From IMG/VR virus record IMGVR_UViG_3300030116_002442: 20,000 bases of DNA. One strand, 5' to 3'. Source of the DNA: an uncultured virus (IMG/VR IMGVR_UViG_3300030116_002442) (Duplodnaviria > Heunggongvirae > Uroviricota > Caudoviricetes). The notes beneath the pieces are model-generated. The model did no database searches, had not been told where the DNA came from, and was given only the letters and a program-made list of their open reading frames with translations. Within the stretch, counting starts at the first letter, position 1; every line of letters begins with the position of its first letter. This document shows positions 1 to 8,425 of the stretch, in pieces. Both the position numbers and the translations under genes were made by a program.

Positions 1-1416
1 AAATCTAGCAGTATCAGCTCCTTCATCTCTAGAGTTTATAGGTATAATACCATCATTTTTTATATGATATAAAACTGTTTGCATATCCATACCTATATTA
101 GAAGGCATTTGTGATACATCATAAACTACTGCTTTACCACCCGCTCTTGATAATGTAAGTTCTATGTGATACATAACTACATTATATAAAGTTTGTATAT
201 GTTTTAAAACATCTACTAAACTATTTACTCTACCTGTAGACATATTATGCACGCATCCTACATAAGATAAAGAAGTTGGTCCTATATCGTCTACAGACCT
301 TACTTGATTTGGTCTTCTTCTACATCTAGTTACTATTCTACCACCTATCTTTGTTCCTTCCCAAATATCATCTACATATTTAGTTATAATCTCTTCATCT
401 TTTCTTGCCTTATAATCATCTTTTACCATTTTTCTAAAAGGCGCATCTGGATTGTGTTTATTAGGAGAAACTTTGTATTTTACAGCTCTTATGGATTTCC
501 ATTCACCATGTATAAGTCTTATTCTTACACCAGTAGAAGTATCATATTGCACCCACTCTATGTTTGTGTTGTAACTACCTAATTCAGTTCCAGAAGATAT
601 ATGCCTCATGTTTTCAAGCTCCATTACTTCTTTTTTACTTAACTCATCTCCATATTCGTCTAGTATTTCATTAACACTTAACCATCTTTGTTCTACAACC
701 CATTGTGAGTTATCTAAATAGTCAGAGTCTATTGCTGTGTCAAAAGCAATGTTTCTAGGGTCTACTCTTCTAACATATGGGTCTCCATTTAATATTTCTG
801 TTTTATAAAATACTTTACCTGTAACTAATAAATCTCTAAATCCACTTTTAAATAAATCTTTCCATCTATGTCTTTCCATTAAATAAGCTAAACCATCTTC
901 TACAGATTCTTCTACAGCCTCTTTATACGTATATCTCATGAAAGTCTCTATGTCATCAGGAATTTCTAAATCTGAATTATCTTGATTTATTTCCATTCCC
1001 ATTACATCATTTATCTCTTTCTTAATATCTACTAGCATTTTTTCCATTACCATAGATACTTTAGCGTCTTGTTTTCTATTAACTGCAGATTTATTAATAG
1101 AACTAACTTTAGTCTCTAAAGGTCTTCTTAATTCTTCACTTGTCAACAAATCTATTTTAGGAGCAATTATATTGTAGTTTGTCATTCTAGCAGGAAAGGG
1201 CGTGCCATATTGGTCAGTTACATATTCATAATCTTTTGGGTCAAAATGACCATGATAAGCTTGATAGTTTCTAATATCTTTATATCTATCGTTTATATAT
1301 AAACTGTTATGGTGTTGAGCTATATATGGAGCCATAGCGTCCAAGTTTTGTTCACACCAATCTTTATTTTTCTTTTTGTCACTAAGCAATTGCCTAGGAA
1401 AATTTACATGCGGCAT
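1..1416 (-). CDS. Portal protein, crAss-like (partial; runs off the window start)
   Basis: Not in the ORF track. Manual translation from ATG 1416 is open to base 1: MPHVNFPRQLLSDKKKNKDW...FPARMTNYNIIAPKIDLLTSEELRRP...FRDLLVTGKVFY...RRVDPRNI...DIWEGTKIGG...SLVDVLKHIQTLYNVVMYHIE. These motifs resemble crAss-like portals, and the gene lies directly downstream of TerL. Confidence 0.85.
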   Translation of the reverse strand, partial: MPHVNFPRQLLSDKKKNKDWCEQNLDAMAPYIAQHHNSLYINDRYKDIRNYQAYHGHFDPKDYEYVTDQYGTPFPARMTNYNIIAPKIDLLTSEELRRPLETKVSSINKSAVNRKQDAKVSMVMEKMLVDIKKEINDVMGMEINQDNSDLEIPDDIETFMRYTYKEAVEESVEDGLAYLMERHRWKDLFKSGFRDLLVTGKVFYKTEILNGDPYVRRVDPRNIAFDTAIDSDYLDNSQWVVEQRWLSVNEILDEYGDELSKKEVMELENMRHISSGTELGSYNTNIEWVQYDTSTGVRIRLIHGEWKSIRAVKYKVSPNKHNPDAPFRKMVKDDYKARKDEEIITKYVDDIWEGTKIGGRIVTRCRRRPNQVRSVDDIGPTSLSYVGCVHNMSTGRVNSLVDVLKHIQTLYNVVMYHIELTLSRAGGKAVVYDVSQMPSNIGMDMQTVLYHIKNDGIIPINSRDEGADTARF

Positions 1417-1419
1417 ATC

Positions 1420-3240
1420 TTAATTTTTAAATGGAATTAATCTACCACCTTCCTTTTTGTAGTAAACAAATCCCAAAGTTTCACCCTTTGCTTCTTTTTC
1501 TCTTGCCTGTAATTGAAATACATCAATATTATGAATTAAACACAATCCAAAAGCTATAGCCCTATCCGTGTTTCTTGTTCCATAATCAGACAACTCATTT
1601 AACAATTCTATGAACCATATATCATCAACATTTGTTTTAATATAATCGTCCATGTACTGCTCCATAACGGCCTTGGTTTGTTTATTCATTTGTAAACCAT
1701 ATCTATTTCTAGTTAAGGTACCAGGCGCGTGTGCAGTTTTGGGTTTTTCTTTCATATATTTAAGAGCTTTATTTCTCTTAAAATAATCTATTATCCCAAT
1801 TCTTGTATACTCTATGAGCATTTTAGCATTATAATATACAGCTAATTTTAAACATCCATCCCAGAATTCTTCTGCTGTTTTAGGTCTTTCTGTATACTCA
1901 GCAATAATATAATCACTTGGTATTTCAGTAGAAACAAATCTTCTGTATATCAAAGCGCTTCCCATAGAAGCTGTAGATTCTGCAGTATCTTGGTCATAAG
2001 AATCAATACCACCAATGTCTAAATTATCATATTCTAACATTGGATGTTCTAATATTTTATACGGACCATTTTTATCTGCTATCCATTCTACATTATCAGT
2101 AAATCCATCTTCATCATCAAACACCCATTCCAATCTACCATGTTGTATTTGATTTTGAAATTTAGTGTGACTCATTATTCTGCCTCTTTGAGCGTTAATA
2201 AGTGATAAATCAAATCTACTTCCTTTAGTCTTTAAAAATGCTTCCTCTACTGTTAGAGGGTAGTTTTGTATATGTAAATTATAAGCTTTACTATTATCTC
2301 TACCTTCTAGCTTTTCTCTTTCTTTTAACAACTCTTTTCTTGCGCCCACTTCGTCACTTTCTCCAGTTTTTAAATCAAAAAAACCATAATAACATACAGA
2401 AGCAGGTATAAATAAAGGAATTAAATTAAATGAATCTGCATTGTAATACATTTCCATAAAATCTTTAGATGAGGTTTCTATATCACCACCCGTTCCTCCA
2501 ATTACAGGAACTCCAAATTGTATATTACCATCCATAAAACAAGCTTTTGATGACATATAAGCATTTAGCAACTCCTTGAACTCACCAGCTTCTTCAAATA
2601 TCATTACACTTAAACGTTCACCTTTAAAAACTTCTGGATTAGACATTGTTCTACAATGTATAGCAGATTGATAACCTCCTATATTCCATTTACCATCTTT
2701 TGTTTTTTGTTTATATCCACTTTTAACCACATCCGAAGTATCTTTCAATACTGAATGTTTAAAGTTATTATGCTGTGCATTTAAACCTTTTTTCACTTTG
2801 TCAAAGAACGAATCTGCAGTAACTTGTAATCCTGCAGCTATTCCTACCTCATTATAAGGATAGAATGTGTATTCGTGAGCACATAATGCAGAATTCATAT
2901 AACTAAAACCTTTATCTCTGGCTTTTATTACAATCATTCCCTTTTGCTCATCTTTACATTGCTCAAAGGTATCAAAATATAGTTTATCTAAATCTCTATA
3001 CCACGGAGCAATTAAAGTTTTTCTGTTTCCAGATTCTTCTCCACTATTACCTAAAATTCTATAAAAATTTAAGTAATAATAATGCTTTCCTGTTATCTTA
3101 TCCATTCCCTTTGGCTTGTAGCCATTCTTACACCTATGTATTTGCTCTTCCCAATACTCTTGATAAGAAACTGACTCTGGGTCTAAATCGGGTATACCCT
3201 CATAGACTATAGGAGCATATTTCTTTATGTTCTTAGACAT
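1420..3240 (-). CDS. terL: Terminase large subunit, crAss-like
   Basis: 606 aa. Walker A-like KARDKGFSY, Walker B MIFEEAG, coupling motif GGTGG, nuclease motifs GGIDSYDQD and DRAIAFGLCL. The N-terminal ITGKHYYYLNF is typical of crAss-like TerL. Confidence 0.93.
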   Translation of the reverse strand: MSKNIKKYAPIVYEGIPDLDPESVSYQEYWEEQIHRCKNGYKPKGMDKITGKHYYYLNFYRILGNSGEESGNRKTLIAPWYRDLDKLYFDTFEQCKDEQKGMIVIKARDKGFSYMNSALCAHEYTFYPYNEVGIAAGLQVTADSFFDKVKKGLNAQHNNFKHSVLKDTSDVVKSGYKQKTKDGKWNIGGYQSAIHCRTMSNPEVFKGERLSVMIFEEAGEFKELLNAYMSSKACFMDGNIQFGVPVIGGTGGDIETSSKDFMEMYYNADSFNLIPLFIPASVCYYGFFDLKTGESDEVGARKELLKEREKLEGRDNSKAYNLHIQNYPLTVEEAFLKTKGSRFDLSLINAQRGRIMSHTKFQNQIQHGRLEWVFDDEDGFTDNVEWIADKNGPYKILEHPMLEYDNLDIGGIDSYDQDTAESTASMGSALIYRRFVSTEIPSDYIIAEYTERPKTAEEFWDGCLKLAVYYNAKMLIEYTRIGIIDYFKRNKALKYMKEKPKTAHAPGTLTRNRYGLQMNKQTKAVMEQYMDDYIKTNVDDIWFIELLNELSDYGTRNTDRAIAFGLCLIHNIDVFQLQAREKEAKGETLGFVYYKKEGGRLIPFKN

Positions 3241-3242
3241 AT

Positions 3243-3419
3243 TTAATCTTTTTGTCCCTCTATTGCTTTTTTCTCTTCTGGTAACCTTGCTTCACTTAAT
3301 TTACCACCTACTTTAAAAAATGTTTCCATTCTTTTTTTATGTGCTTTTAACTTATCTTCTTCTATAAAATTATCTCCGTCTCTAACGTACTTAGTACCAT
3401 TTATTTTTATCTTATTCAT
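3243..3419 (-). CDS. Hypothetical protein, 58 aa (MNKIKINGTKYVRDGDNF...AIEGQKD)
   Basis: Manual ORF that fills the gap. Its start overlaps the upstream stop (ATGA) and its stop lies 2 nt before the TerL start. Confidence 0.7.
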   Translation of the reverse strand: MNKIKINGTKYVRDGDNFIEEDKLKAHKKRMETFFKVGGKLSEARLPEEKKAIEGQKD

Positions 3420-3943
3420 ATCTTAGATTTTATATTCATTTGCTCTTCTAAGTAACTCATTTTAGCCTCTCCTTTTATTTTCTTTCTTTCTCCTCTTCTT
3501 TCTATTGCATCTAATAATTTTTGTCTAGTGTTTAATACTTTCTCTACACCTATCATTATTTTTTGCATACTTTCAGCATTATCTTCATTAATCTTCACAT
3601 TCTTCATTAGCTGAGTGTACTCATCTATCTTTTCATTAAAAGCTATTAGTTGAGCGTCTAATGGGTCAAACTGTAGCTCTTTATATTTTTTAATTGCGTT
3701 AGCAATTTTTTCGTTTCTAATACCTTTCCAATTATAAGTATCAAACACAGCTTTACTTACTGACTTTACTTGTTCTCTCTCTACAAAGTGCCTATAAGGA
3801 GAATCATAATCACATACTAAAGCCACCCATAATATTCCTTTCAACCCAAATTCTTCTACTACCTCTCTAAACTCTTCAATAGCATACAAACCATCGTCTG
3901 TTTCTATAATTTCCCCCCGCTTATCAATGTTTAGTAAATACAT
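3416..3943 (-). CDS. Conserved protein upstream of TerL; possible terminase small subunit
   Basis: 175 aa, helical/coiled-coil C-terminal half, DYDSPY motif, position upstream of TerL. Function is inferred from position. Confidence 0.55.
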   Translation of the reverse strand: MYLLNIDKRGEIIETDDGLYAIEEFREVVEEFGLKGILWVALVCDYDSPYRHFVEREQVKSVSKAVFDTYNWKGIRNEKIANAIKKYKELQFDPLDAQLIAFNEKIDEYTQLMKNVKINEDNAESMQKIMIGVEKVLNTRQKLLDAIERRGERKKIKGEAKMSYLEEQMNIKSKI

Positions 3944-3944
3944 A

Positions 3945-4418
3945 CTATGTTGTTGTGTTTAACGCTACAAACAATTCTAATTTACAAGTAGCTGTATTAG
4001 CAAGTGCAGTAATAGTCTCTATATCTATTTGTGTAGCACTTGAGTCATGAGCGGCGTCACTTGTAAAAAATTGAGGGTGTTCTGTTGATGTATTTGGTGT
4101 TGCAAGTATAAAGCTTCTACCAGCATCTAACCTAAAAGCGGCAACGGAAGCAGTTGAACTTTCTTTTTCTATACCTATTGTTATAAAATTTGTTGTATCT
4201 AAATTTGTTAATCTTACATATTCTACATCGTCTTGGTCTAAAGTTGATATACCAGCTGCGGCAGATGCAAATGTTAATAAGTTTATTTCAGAAGTTGGCA
4301 CCTCTACAATAGTTTTTAAACATTGAGTGATACCAGCAATAGACTTAGTTTGTGTGGAATTAAATTTTTGACCATTTAACGAAAGGGTCTCTGTAACTGT
4401 AGTTGTTAATGTAGCCAT
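3945..4418 (-). CDS. Putative virion protein, paralog family A (copy 1)
   Basis: 157 aa, Thr/Ala/Ser-rich, beta-strand pattern. Shares YVR(L/I)T and K(L/V)ELF(V/I)A motifs with the neighbouring gene. Confidence 0.6.
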   Translation of the reverse strand: MATLTTTVTETLSLNGQKFNSTQTKSIAGITQCLKTIVEVPTSEINLLTFASAAAGISTLDQDDVEYVRLTNLDTTNFITIGIEKESSTASVAAFRLDAGRSFILATPNTSTEHPQFFTSDAAHDSSATQIDIETITALANTATCKLELFVALNTTT

Positions 4419-4426
4419 ATGTTATA

Positions 4427-4885
4427 TTATTTTGCGTCAGTACTTGCTATAAACAATTCAACCTTTCCTTTACCTCTCACACAATATGCTTTAACAGAAT
4501 CTATATCTTTCAAAGCAGTATAATCTGCAGCATCTATACTATCTCCTTCAGCAAATGTTGATAATGTATGAGAGTATATGTAATAAGATTCTCCTTGTGA
4601 TAGTTCGTAAAGTTTACAAAGGTCGCCTTCGCTATTTACTTCTACAATCATAGGTTCAGCACCTAAGCTTGTTATTCTAACATATTTAACAGCTCCATCG
4701 TCAAACACACCTCCGCTTACAGTATCTGCATGTGTAGTGTATAAAGTTGTTACAGTTCCTTGTTTAAAAGAAAATACTCTTTCGTGAACATCAGTAATGT
4801 TTGGTATTTGTAGCGTCTTTACGTTTCCGTAACTTTTTCCTTGGACACGAACTTTTTCAGTATGGGTTATTGTAAGTATAGACAT
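4427..4885 (-). CDS. Putative virion protein, paralog family A (copy 2)
   Basis: 152 aa, collinear similarity to 3945..4418. Confidence 0.6.
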   Translation of the reverse strand: MSILTITHTEKVRVQGKSYGNVKTLQIPNITDVHERVFSFKQGTVTTLYTTHADTVSGGVFDDGAVKYVRITSLGAEPMIVEVNSEGDLCKLYELSQGESYYIYSHTLSTFAEGDSIDAADYTALKDIDSVKAYCVRGKGKVELFIASTDAK

Positions 4886-5178
4886 TATTTTTTTATTTTA
4901 AATTTTAGTTTCCATACACCATGTTCTACATATGTGTATGATTCATTAACATATTCTCCTGTGTCGTAATTTAAATAGGTTTCATAACCTTCATATACGC
5001 CTCCCCCTACATATGATATAGATTTATCGGCTATTTTATAACCTTTATCTATTAAATTCATTATTATATCATCTTCTTTTTTTACGATAGATGAAAACTC
5101 TTTAAAAAACGTGTTATGATACAATTCACCCTTAAGCGTCTTGTATATAGACCCGTATTTTGTTTTTTCTAAAAACAT
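4885..5178 (-). CDS. Hypothetical protein, 97 aa
   Basis: ORF tightly packed with the downstream gene; TAnnTTTG box 4 nt upstream of the ATG. Confidence 0.7.
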   Translation of the reverse strand: MFLEKTKYGSIYKTLKGELYHNTFFKEFSSIVKKEDDIIMNLIDKGYKIADKSISYVGGGVYEGYETYLNYDTGEYVNESYTYVEHGVWKLKFKIKK

Positions 5179-5182
5179 TACT

Positions 5183-5190
5183 CAAAGATA
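5183..5190 (-). promoter_or_regulatory. Bacteroidota-type -7 promoter box (TATCTTTG)
   Basis: Matches TAnnTTTG, AT-rich upstream, 4 nt before ATG 5178. Confidence 0.7.
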
Positions 5191-5208
5191 TGAAAATTTA
5201 ATGACATG

Positions 5209-5805
5209 TTAATTTCTGTTTGTAGAAATAGATGTTAACACTTTATCAACACCAACTACATAAGGTATATCTCTTGTGTTTTTACCTTCTGAGCTTAAAA
5301 TTATGTCATTGTTTTTTATCTCTCTAAACTCTTTATTTAAAAATATTAATACTGGTAAATGCTCTCCTTCGTCTATAGTTAACCTTACTTCGTCTATCAT
5401 TCCAGCAGTTCTTTCAAAAAACAAAGATAATGTAGTGTTATTGTAAGCTGCTGAACCCACAAAAGTATTTATAGGATATGAATACACATAGTCTTCTGTT
5501 AATAAAGTTCTTTCTACAAATACATTATAAGGTTTTTTTTCAAAATCATTTACTACATCATCACTTATTGTGTTAGTTACTGTTACTCTAGTAGCAATAG
5601 TTGATGCAGATACAGTTCCTATAGTTTTTTTAGTTCCTTCATCATTAATATATTTTACAACATCTCCTAATTTTAATTTTTTTGTTGACCAATCCACATA
5701 ACCTGGGTCAGTGTCTTCCCAATATTGATTAATAAGGTTGCTTGTAACTGTAGATTTACCTAATTTTATTATAGTGGAATTATATGAAAATATTATATGA
5801 TACAT
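5209..5805 (-). CDS. Hypothetical protein, paralog family B (with a large N-proximal insertion)
   Basis: 198 aa. The C-terminal half (YPINTFVG...LSLFF...VRLTI...KEF) matches the family-B pattern. Confidence 0.65.
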   Translation of the reverse strand: MYHIIFSYNSTIIKLGKSTVTSNLINQYWEDTDPGYVDWSTKKLKLGDVVKYINDEGTKKTIGTVSASTIATRVTVTNTISDDVVNDFEKKPYNVFVERTLLTEDYVYSYPINTFVGSAAYNNTTLSLFFERTAGMIDEVRLTIDEGEHLPVLIFLNKEFREIKNNDIILSSEGKNTRDIPYVVGVDKVLTSISTNRN

Positions 5806-6107
5806 TATTTTGTAACTATTTTAGTAAACGAACCTACAGCAGTCACATCTTGTACGTCATACCTTTCTTCTAAATCAGAAAATACTATTACTGATTCTGA
5901 AGATGTGTTAAATATCTCAGCAATAGATTTTATTACCCTTTCCCCTCTACCGCTAGTAACTGTTAAAGGTATTCTGTAAGAAAGTGGCGCTTTTTCAAAA
6001 TACAAATCTACTAGTATAGCTGAATTGTACTTGCCACCCATAAAATGCCTTACTGGTAATAGTAAATAATCTGATTCGGTGTTTACAAACAATACGTGTC
6101 TTTCCAT
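5805..6107 (-). CDS. Hypothetical protein, paralog family B (minimal form)
   Basis: 100 aa; LPVRHFMG...VDLYF...IPLTV...EIF. Confidence 0.65.
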   Translation of the reverse strand: MERHVLFVNTESDYLLLPVRHFMGGKYNSAILVDLYFEKAPLSYRIPLTVTSGRGERVIKSIAEIFNTSSESVIVFSDLEERYDVQDVTAVGSFTKIVTK

Positions 6108-6111
6108 TATG

Positions 6112-6119
6112 CAAATATA
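6112..6119 (-). promoter_or_regulatory. Bacteroidota-type -7 promoter box (TATATTTG)
   Basis: TAnnTTTG, 4 nt before ATG 6107. Confidence 0.7.
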
Positions 6120-6121
6120 CT

Positions 6122-6150
6122 AAAAAAAACAGGAGGCCAGAAAGACCTCC
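6122..6150 (-). terminator. Intrinsic terminator
   Basis: Minus strand reads GGAGGTC-TTTCT-GGCCTCC followed by TGTTTTTTTT. Confidence 0.75.
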
Positions 6151-6183
6151 CATCCCATGAAAACTGAACTAAGAAAAGAACTA

Positions 6184-6191
6184 CAAAGATA
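6184..6191 (-). promoter_or_regulatory. Bacteroidota-type -7 promoter box (TATCTTTG) with no downstream ORF before the terminator
   Basis: Shares TTCATATCTTTG with the promoter at 5183-5194. Confidence 0.6.
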
Positions 6192-6204
6192 TGAATTATT
6201 TTTT

Positions 6205-6561
6205 TTATCGTTTTCCGCCAAAATATTCCTTTGCAAATCCTTCCTTAACTAATAAATCGTTTACGCTAATATACTCATTTTCTTTTTTTATGAATAATTC
6301 TCCTAACACCCTACCAAACTTACCCTTACCATGAGACTTCATAATTATATTATCTTCTTCTAACATTTCTATTAACCTTTCTTTAGAAGCAAGACCTCTA
6401 GCTTTTTCTTCTAAATCTCTTGTTCTACTTTCAGGAGCGTTTATTCCATACATTCTTATTCGCCTTTTAATGTGAGTGTTAAAACCTAAGTCAATCATAA
6501 CATCTAATGTATCACCATCAACTACCCTGTCTATCTTTACTCCATAATTGTATTTTTCCAT
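6205..6561 (-). CDS. Thermonuclease (staphylococcal nuclease-like) family protein
   Basis: RVVDGDTLDV, RIRMYGINAPES and GKFGRVLG motifs. Confidence 0.9.
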   Translation of the reverse strand: MEKYNYGVKIDRVVDGDTLDVMIDLGFNTHIKRRIRMYGINAPESRTRDLEEKARGLASKERLIEMLEEDNIIMKSHGKGKFGRVLGELFIKKENEYISVNDLLVKEGFAKEYFGGKR

Positions 6562-6562
6562 A

Positions 6563-6652
6563 TCACAAGTTTATATCGTCGGGCGCCTGGTCTATAATGT
6601 GTTTCTTTAACCAAACGCGCAAGCGTTTTAAAAATTTTTTATACCAACCCAT
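6563..6652 (-). CDS. Small basic/amphipathic peptide, 29 aa (MGWYKKFLKRLRVWLKKHIIDQAPDDINL)
   Basis: Manual ORF that fills the gap. The ATG abuts the upstream stop, and the stop is 1 nt before the nuclease start. Confidence 0.6.
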   Translation of the reverse strand: MGWYKKFLKRLRVWLKKHIIDQAPDDINL

Positions 6653-7390
6653 TTAATACACAGCTACTATAGTTACCCCTCCTCCGTATACCTCTTCTCC
6701 ATTTGCTTGTGCTAATTCTATTAATAAATAATTTGTTTCATCCGCAGTAACATCTGTAATATCTATTGCTGTACCTATGTTACCTGTTCCTCTACTTGTA
6801 ACTGTTTTGCTATTTATATCTGCTTCGTATACTGTAACTGCAGATGTTGCGCTACCATATATATTAACTACAGTAGCTTTAAAACCCTTTGGTATAGTTA
6901 CAGAAGCATATAGTGGGGCGGTAGAAAAAGACTCTACCCACCTATCACTACCAGTGTCATCTATCATTACAGGTCTACCTACATCATCTGCTATAAAGTC
7001 TCTTGGTAATATTTTTATAAGATTTCTACTTCCATGCCAGCCATTATCATGACTATTACCCGAACTATACGTCCAACTTAAATCTGATATATGTGATGAT
7101 GGGAATGTTGAGGTAGCTGTATTAAATTCTATGTATATGTTGTCTCCTGTAGAAAATTCTTTAGTTATATCTTCTAATACCTCTTTATGTTTGTTATTAG
7201 TTATAGTAAGCGTAACAGCAAAATTATTCATACCTTTAGTATCTGTATTTTCTACTAAGGGTGTAAAATATAAATTTAACTCATTATCAGCATTAGGGTG
7301 AGCTCCTGTAAAATTATCTAATGGCACAAATACTTCACCTTCTGTTTGATTGTTTGTAGCACTTTTATTTAATAGTATAAATTTTCTCAT
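6653..7390 (-). CDS. Paralog family B domain fused to a C-terminal beta-rich domain; possible virion/receptor-binding protein
   Basis: N-terminal VPLDNFTG...LNLYF...VTLTI...KEF. The C-terminal ~130 aa begin at GWHGSRNLIKILPRDF and are beta-rich. Confidence 0.6.
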   Translation of the reverse strand: MRKFILLNKSATNNQTEGEVFVPLDNFTGAHPNADNELNLYFTPLVENTDTKGMNNFAVTLTITNNKHKEVLEDITKEFSTGDNIYIEFNTATSTFPSSHISDLSWTYSSGNSHDNGWHGSRNLIKILPRDFIADDVGRPVMIDDTGSDRWVESFSTAPLYASVTIPKGFKATVVNIYGSATSAVTVYEADINSKTVTSRGTGNIGTAIDITDVTADETNYLLIELAQANGEEVYGGGVTIVAVY

Positions 7391-7749
7391 TATGTATCTT
7401 GTATATTTACAGTTATAGAAAAAATACTAGTAACACCAGCAATAGAATACTTACCACTTACATCGTCACCTATTTCTATTAAATAATTTTCACCATTAGA
7501 AAACTCTTCCATAATAGCTCTAAATACAGTTCCAGATGACCCAGTTGATGTGTTTATCACTACATTATCAGTGGCAGTATTAGCAGTAGATTTAAACTCA
7601 TGCATGCATTTAAAGTTTAACATTACCATTGTAGAGTCTATAGTATAACCGCCTTCAAATCTACTCAAAGGATATAAACAAGAAGAAGTTTGGTCGTCGT
7701 CGTCAGCTACATTAGCTACATTTCTAAAGTATACATATTTATCATTCAT
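7390..7749 (-). CDS. Hypothetical protein, paralog family B
   Basis: 119 aa; YPLSRFEG...VMLNF...VVINT...EEF. Confidence 0.65.
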   Translation of the reverse strand: MNDKYVYFRNVANVADDDDQTSSCLYPLSRFEGGYTIDSTMVMLNFKCMHEFKSTANTATDNVVINTSTGSSGTVFRAIMEEFSNGENYLIEIGDDVSGKYSIAGVTSIFSITVNIQDT

Positions 7750-7753
7750 ACAT

Positions 7754-7761
7754 CAAATTTA
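7754..7761 (-). promoter_or_regulatory. Bacteroidota-type -7 promoter box (TAAATTTG) heading the late module
   Basis: TAnnTTTG, 4 nt before ATG 7749, with an A-tract upstream on the minus strand. Confidence 0.7.
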
Positions 7762-7904
7762 CAAAATTTTTATTTTTTTTATTTTTTTAGTGTAGGCACG
7801 TTTCTGTGAAGGTCTATATTGTTACGCCCCCACCGTCTCTCATTCTTCAAACCCCCGAGGCCTCAACATAACATCTGTCTATGTAACATAAAAAAGGATT
7901 GTTA

Positions 7905-7929
7905 GTTTTGCTGTTCTGTATTGTATTAA
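7905..7929 (+). repeat. Early-region motif copy 1 (GTTTTGCTGTTCTGTATTGTATTAA)
   Basis: 23/25 identical to 8486-8510; core also present at 8874, 9664 and 11304. Confidence 0.75.
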
Positions 7930-7945
7930 CTAAAACTATATTACT

Positions 7946-8191
7946 ATGAACAAGTTATTTATTTATTTACCATTAGGTTATGTTATATTAGGATGGACTA
8001 TATTCTTATCATGTCTTGTCTTCACAGAACCTAACTACCAAGCGTTACTAATATTACTACTATGTATTATGTTAGTAAAGTATTACCTATTCTATGCTAT
8101 CAAATATGTTAGACAATCAGAGAAAGATGAGATAGAATGGAAAGAATATCTTAAAGAATTAAAAGAATTAAGAGAAAAGAGGGACATTTAG
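7946..8191 (+). CDS. Small membrane protein, two predicted TM segments plus a charged C-terminus
   Basis: 81 aa with two hydrophobic stretches; followed by a terminator. Confidence 0.75.
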   Translation: MNKLFIYLPLGYVILGWTIFLSCLVFTEPNYQALLILLLCIMLVKYYLFYAIKYVRQSEKDEIEWKEYLKELKELREKRDI

Positions 8192-8203
8192 TCCCTTTTT
8201 TTT
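8180..8203 (+). terminator. Intrinsic terminator
   Basis: AGGGAC-ATTTA-GTCCCT followed by a T-run. Confidence 0.8.
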
Positions 8204-8396
8204 ATAAAAGGTTGTACCTGCGGTACGATTTGTTTAATATTTGTTATAAAAACGAGTGTATGTGTACAAGTATGAACCACTATATTCTGCCATTATCACT
8301 ACTATGTGTTACTCAGTGTGTTACATGCGTTATGTTGTTCTGTACTATTTAGGTAATTAGTATTGTTATGCTGTGCTTGTTGTCCCACACCCGCCC

Positions 8397-8425
8397 AAGT
8401 TACGAAAAAAAAATGACATTGTCAA
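8397..8425 (-). promoter_or_regulatory. sigma70-like promoter TTGACA-N17-TAACTT overlapping a TGACATTGTCA palindrome
   Basis: Perfect -35 hexamer, 17-nt spacer, 4/6 match at -10; inverted repeat at 8414-8424. Confidence 0.5.

Noticed and set aside
304..582. Plus-strand 92-aa ORF
   Set aside because: Antisense shadow of the portal gene.
5797..7052. Plus-strand ORFs 5797..5979 and 6777..7052
   Set aside because: Antisense to better-supported minus-strand genes.
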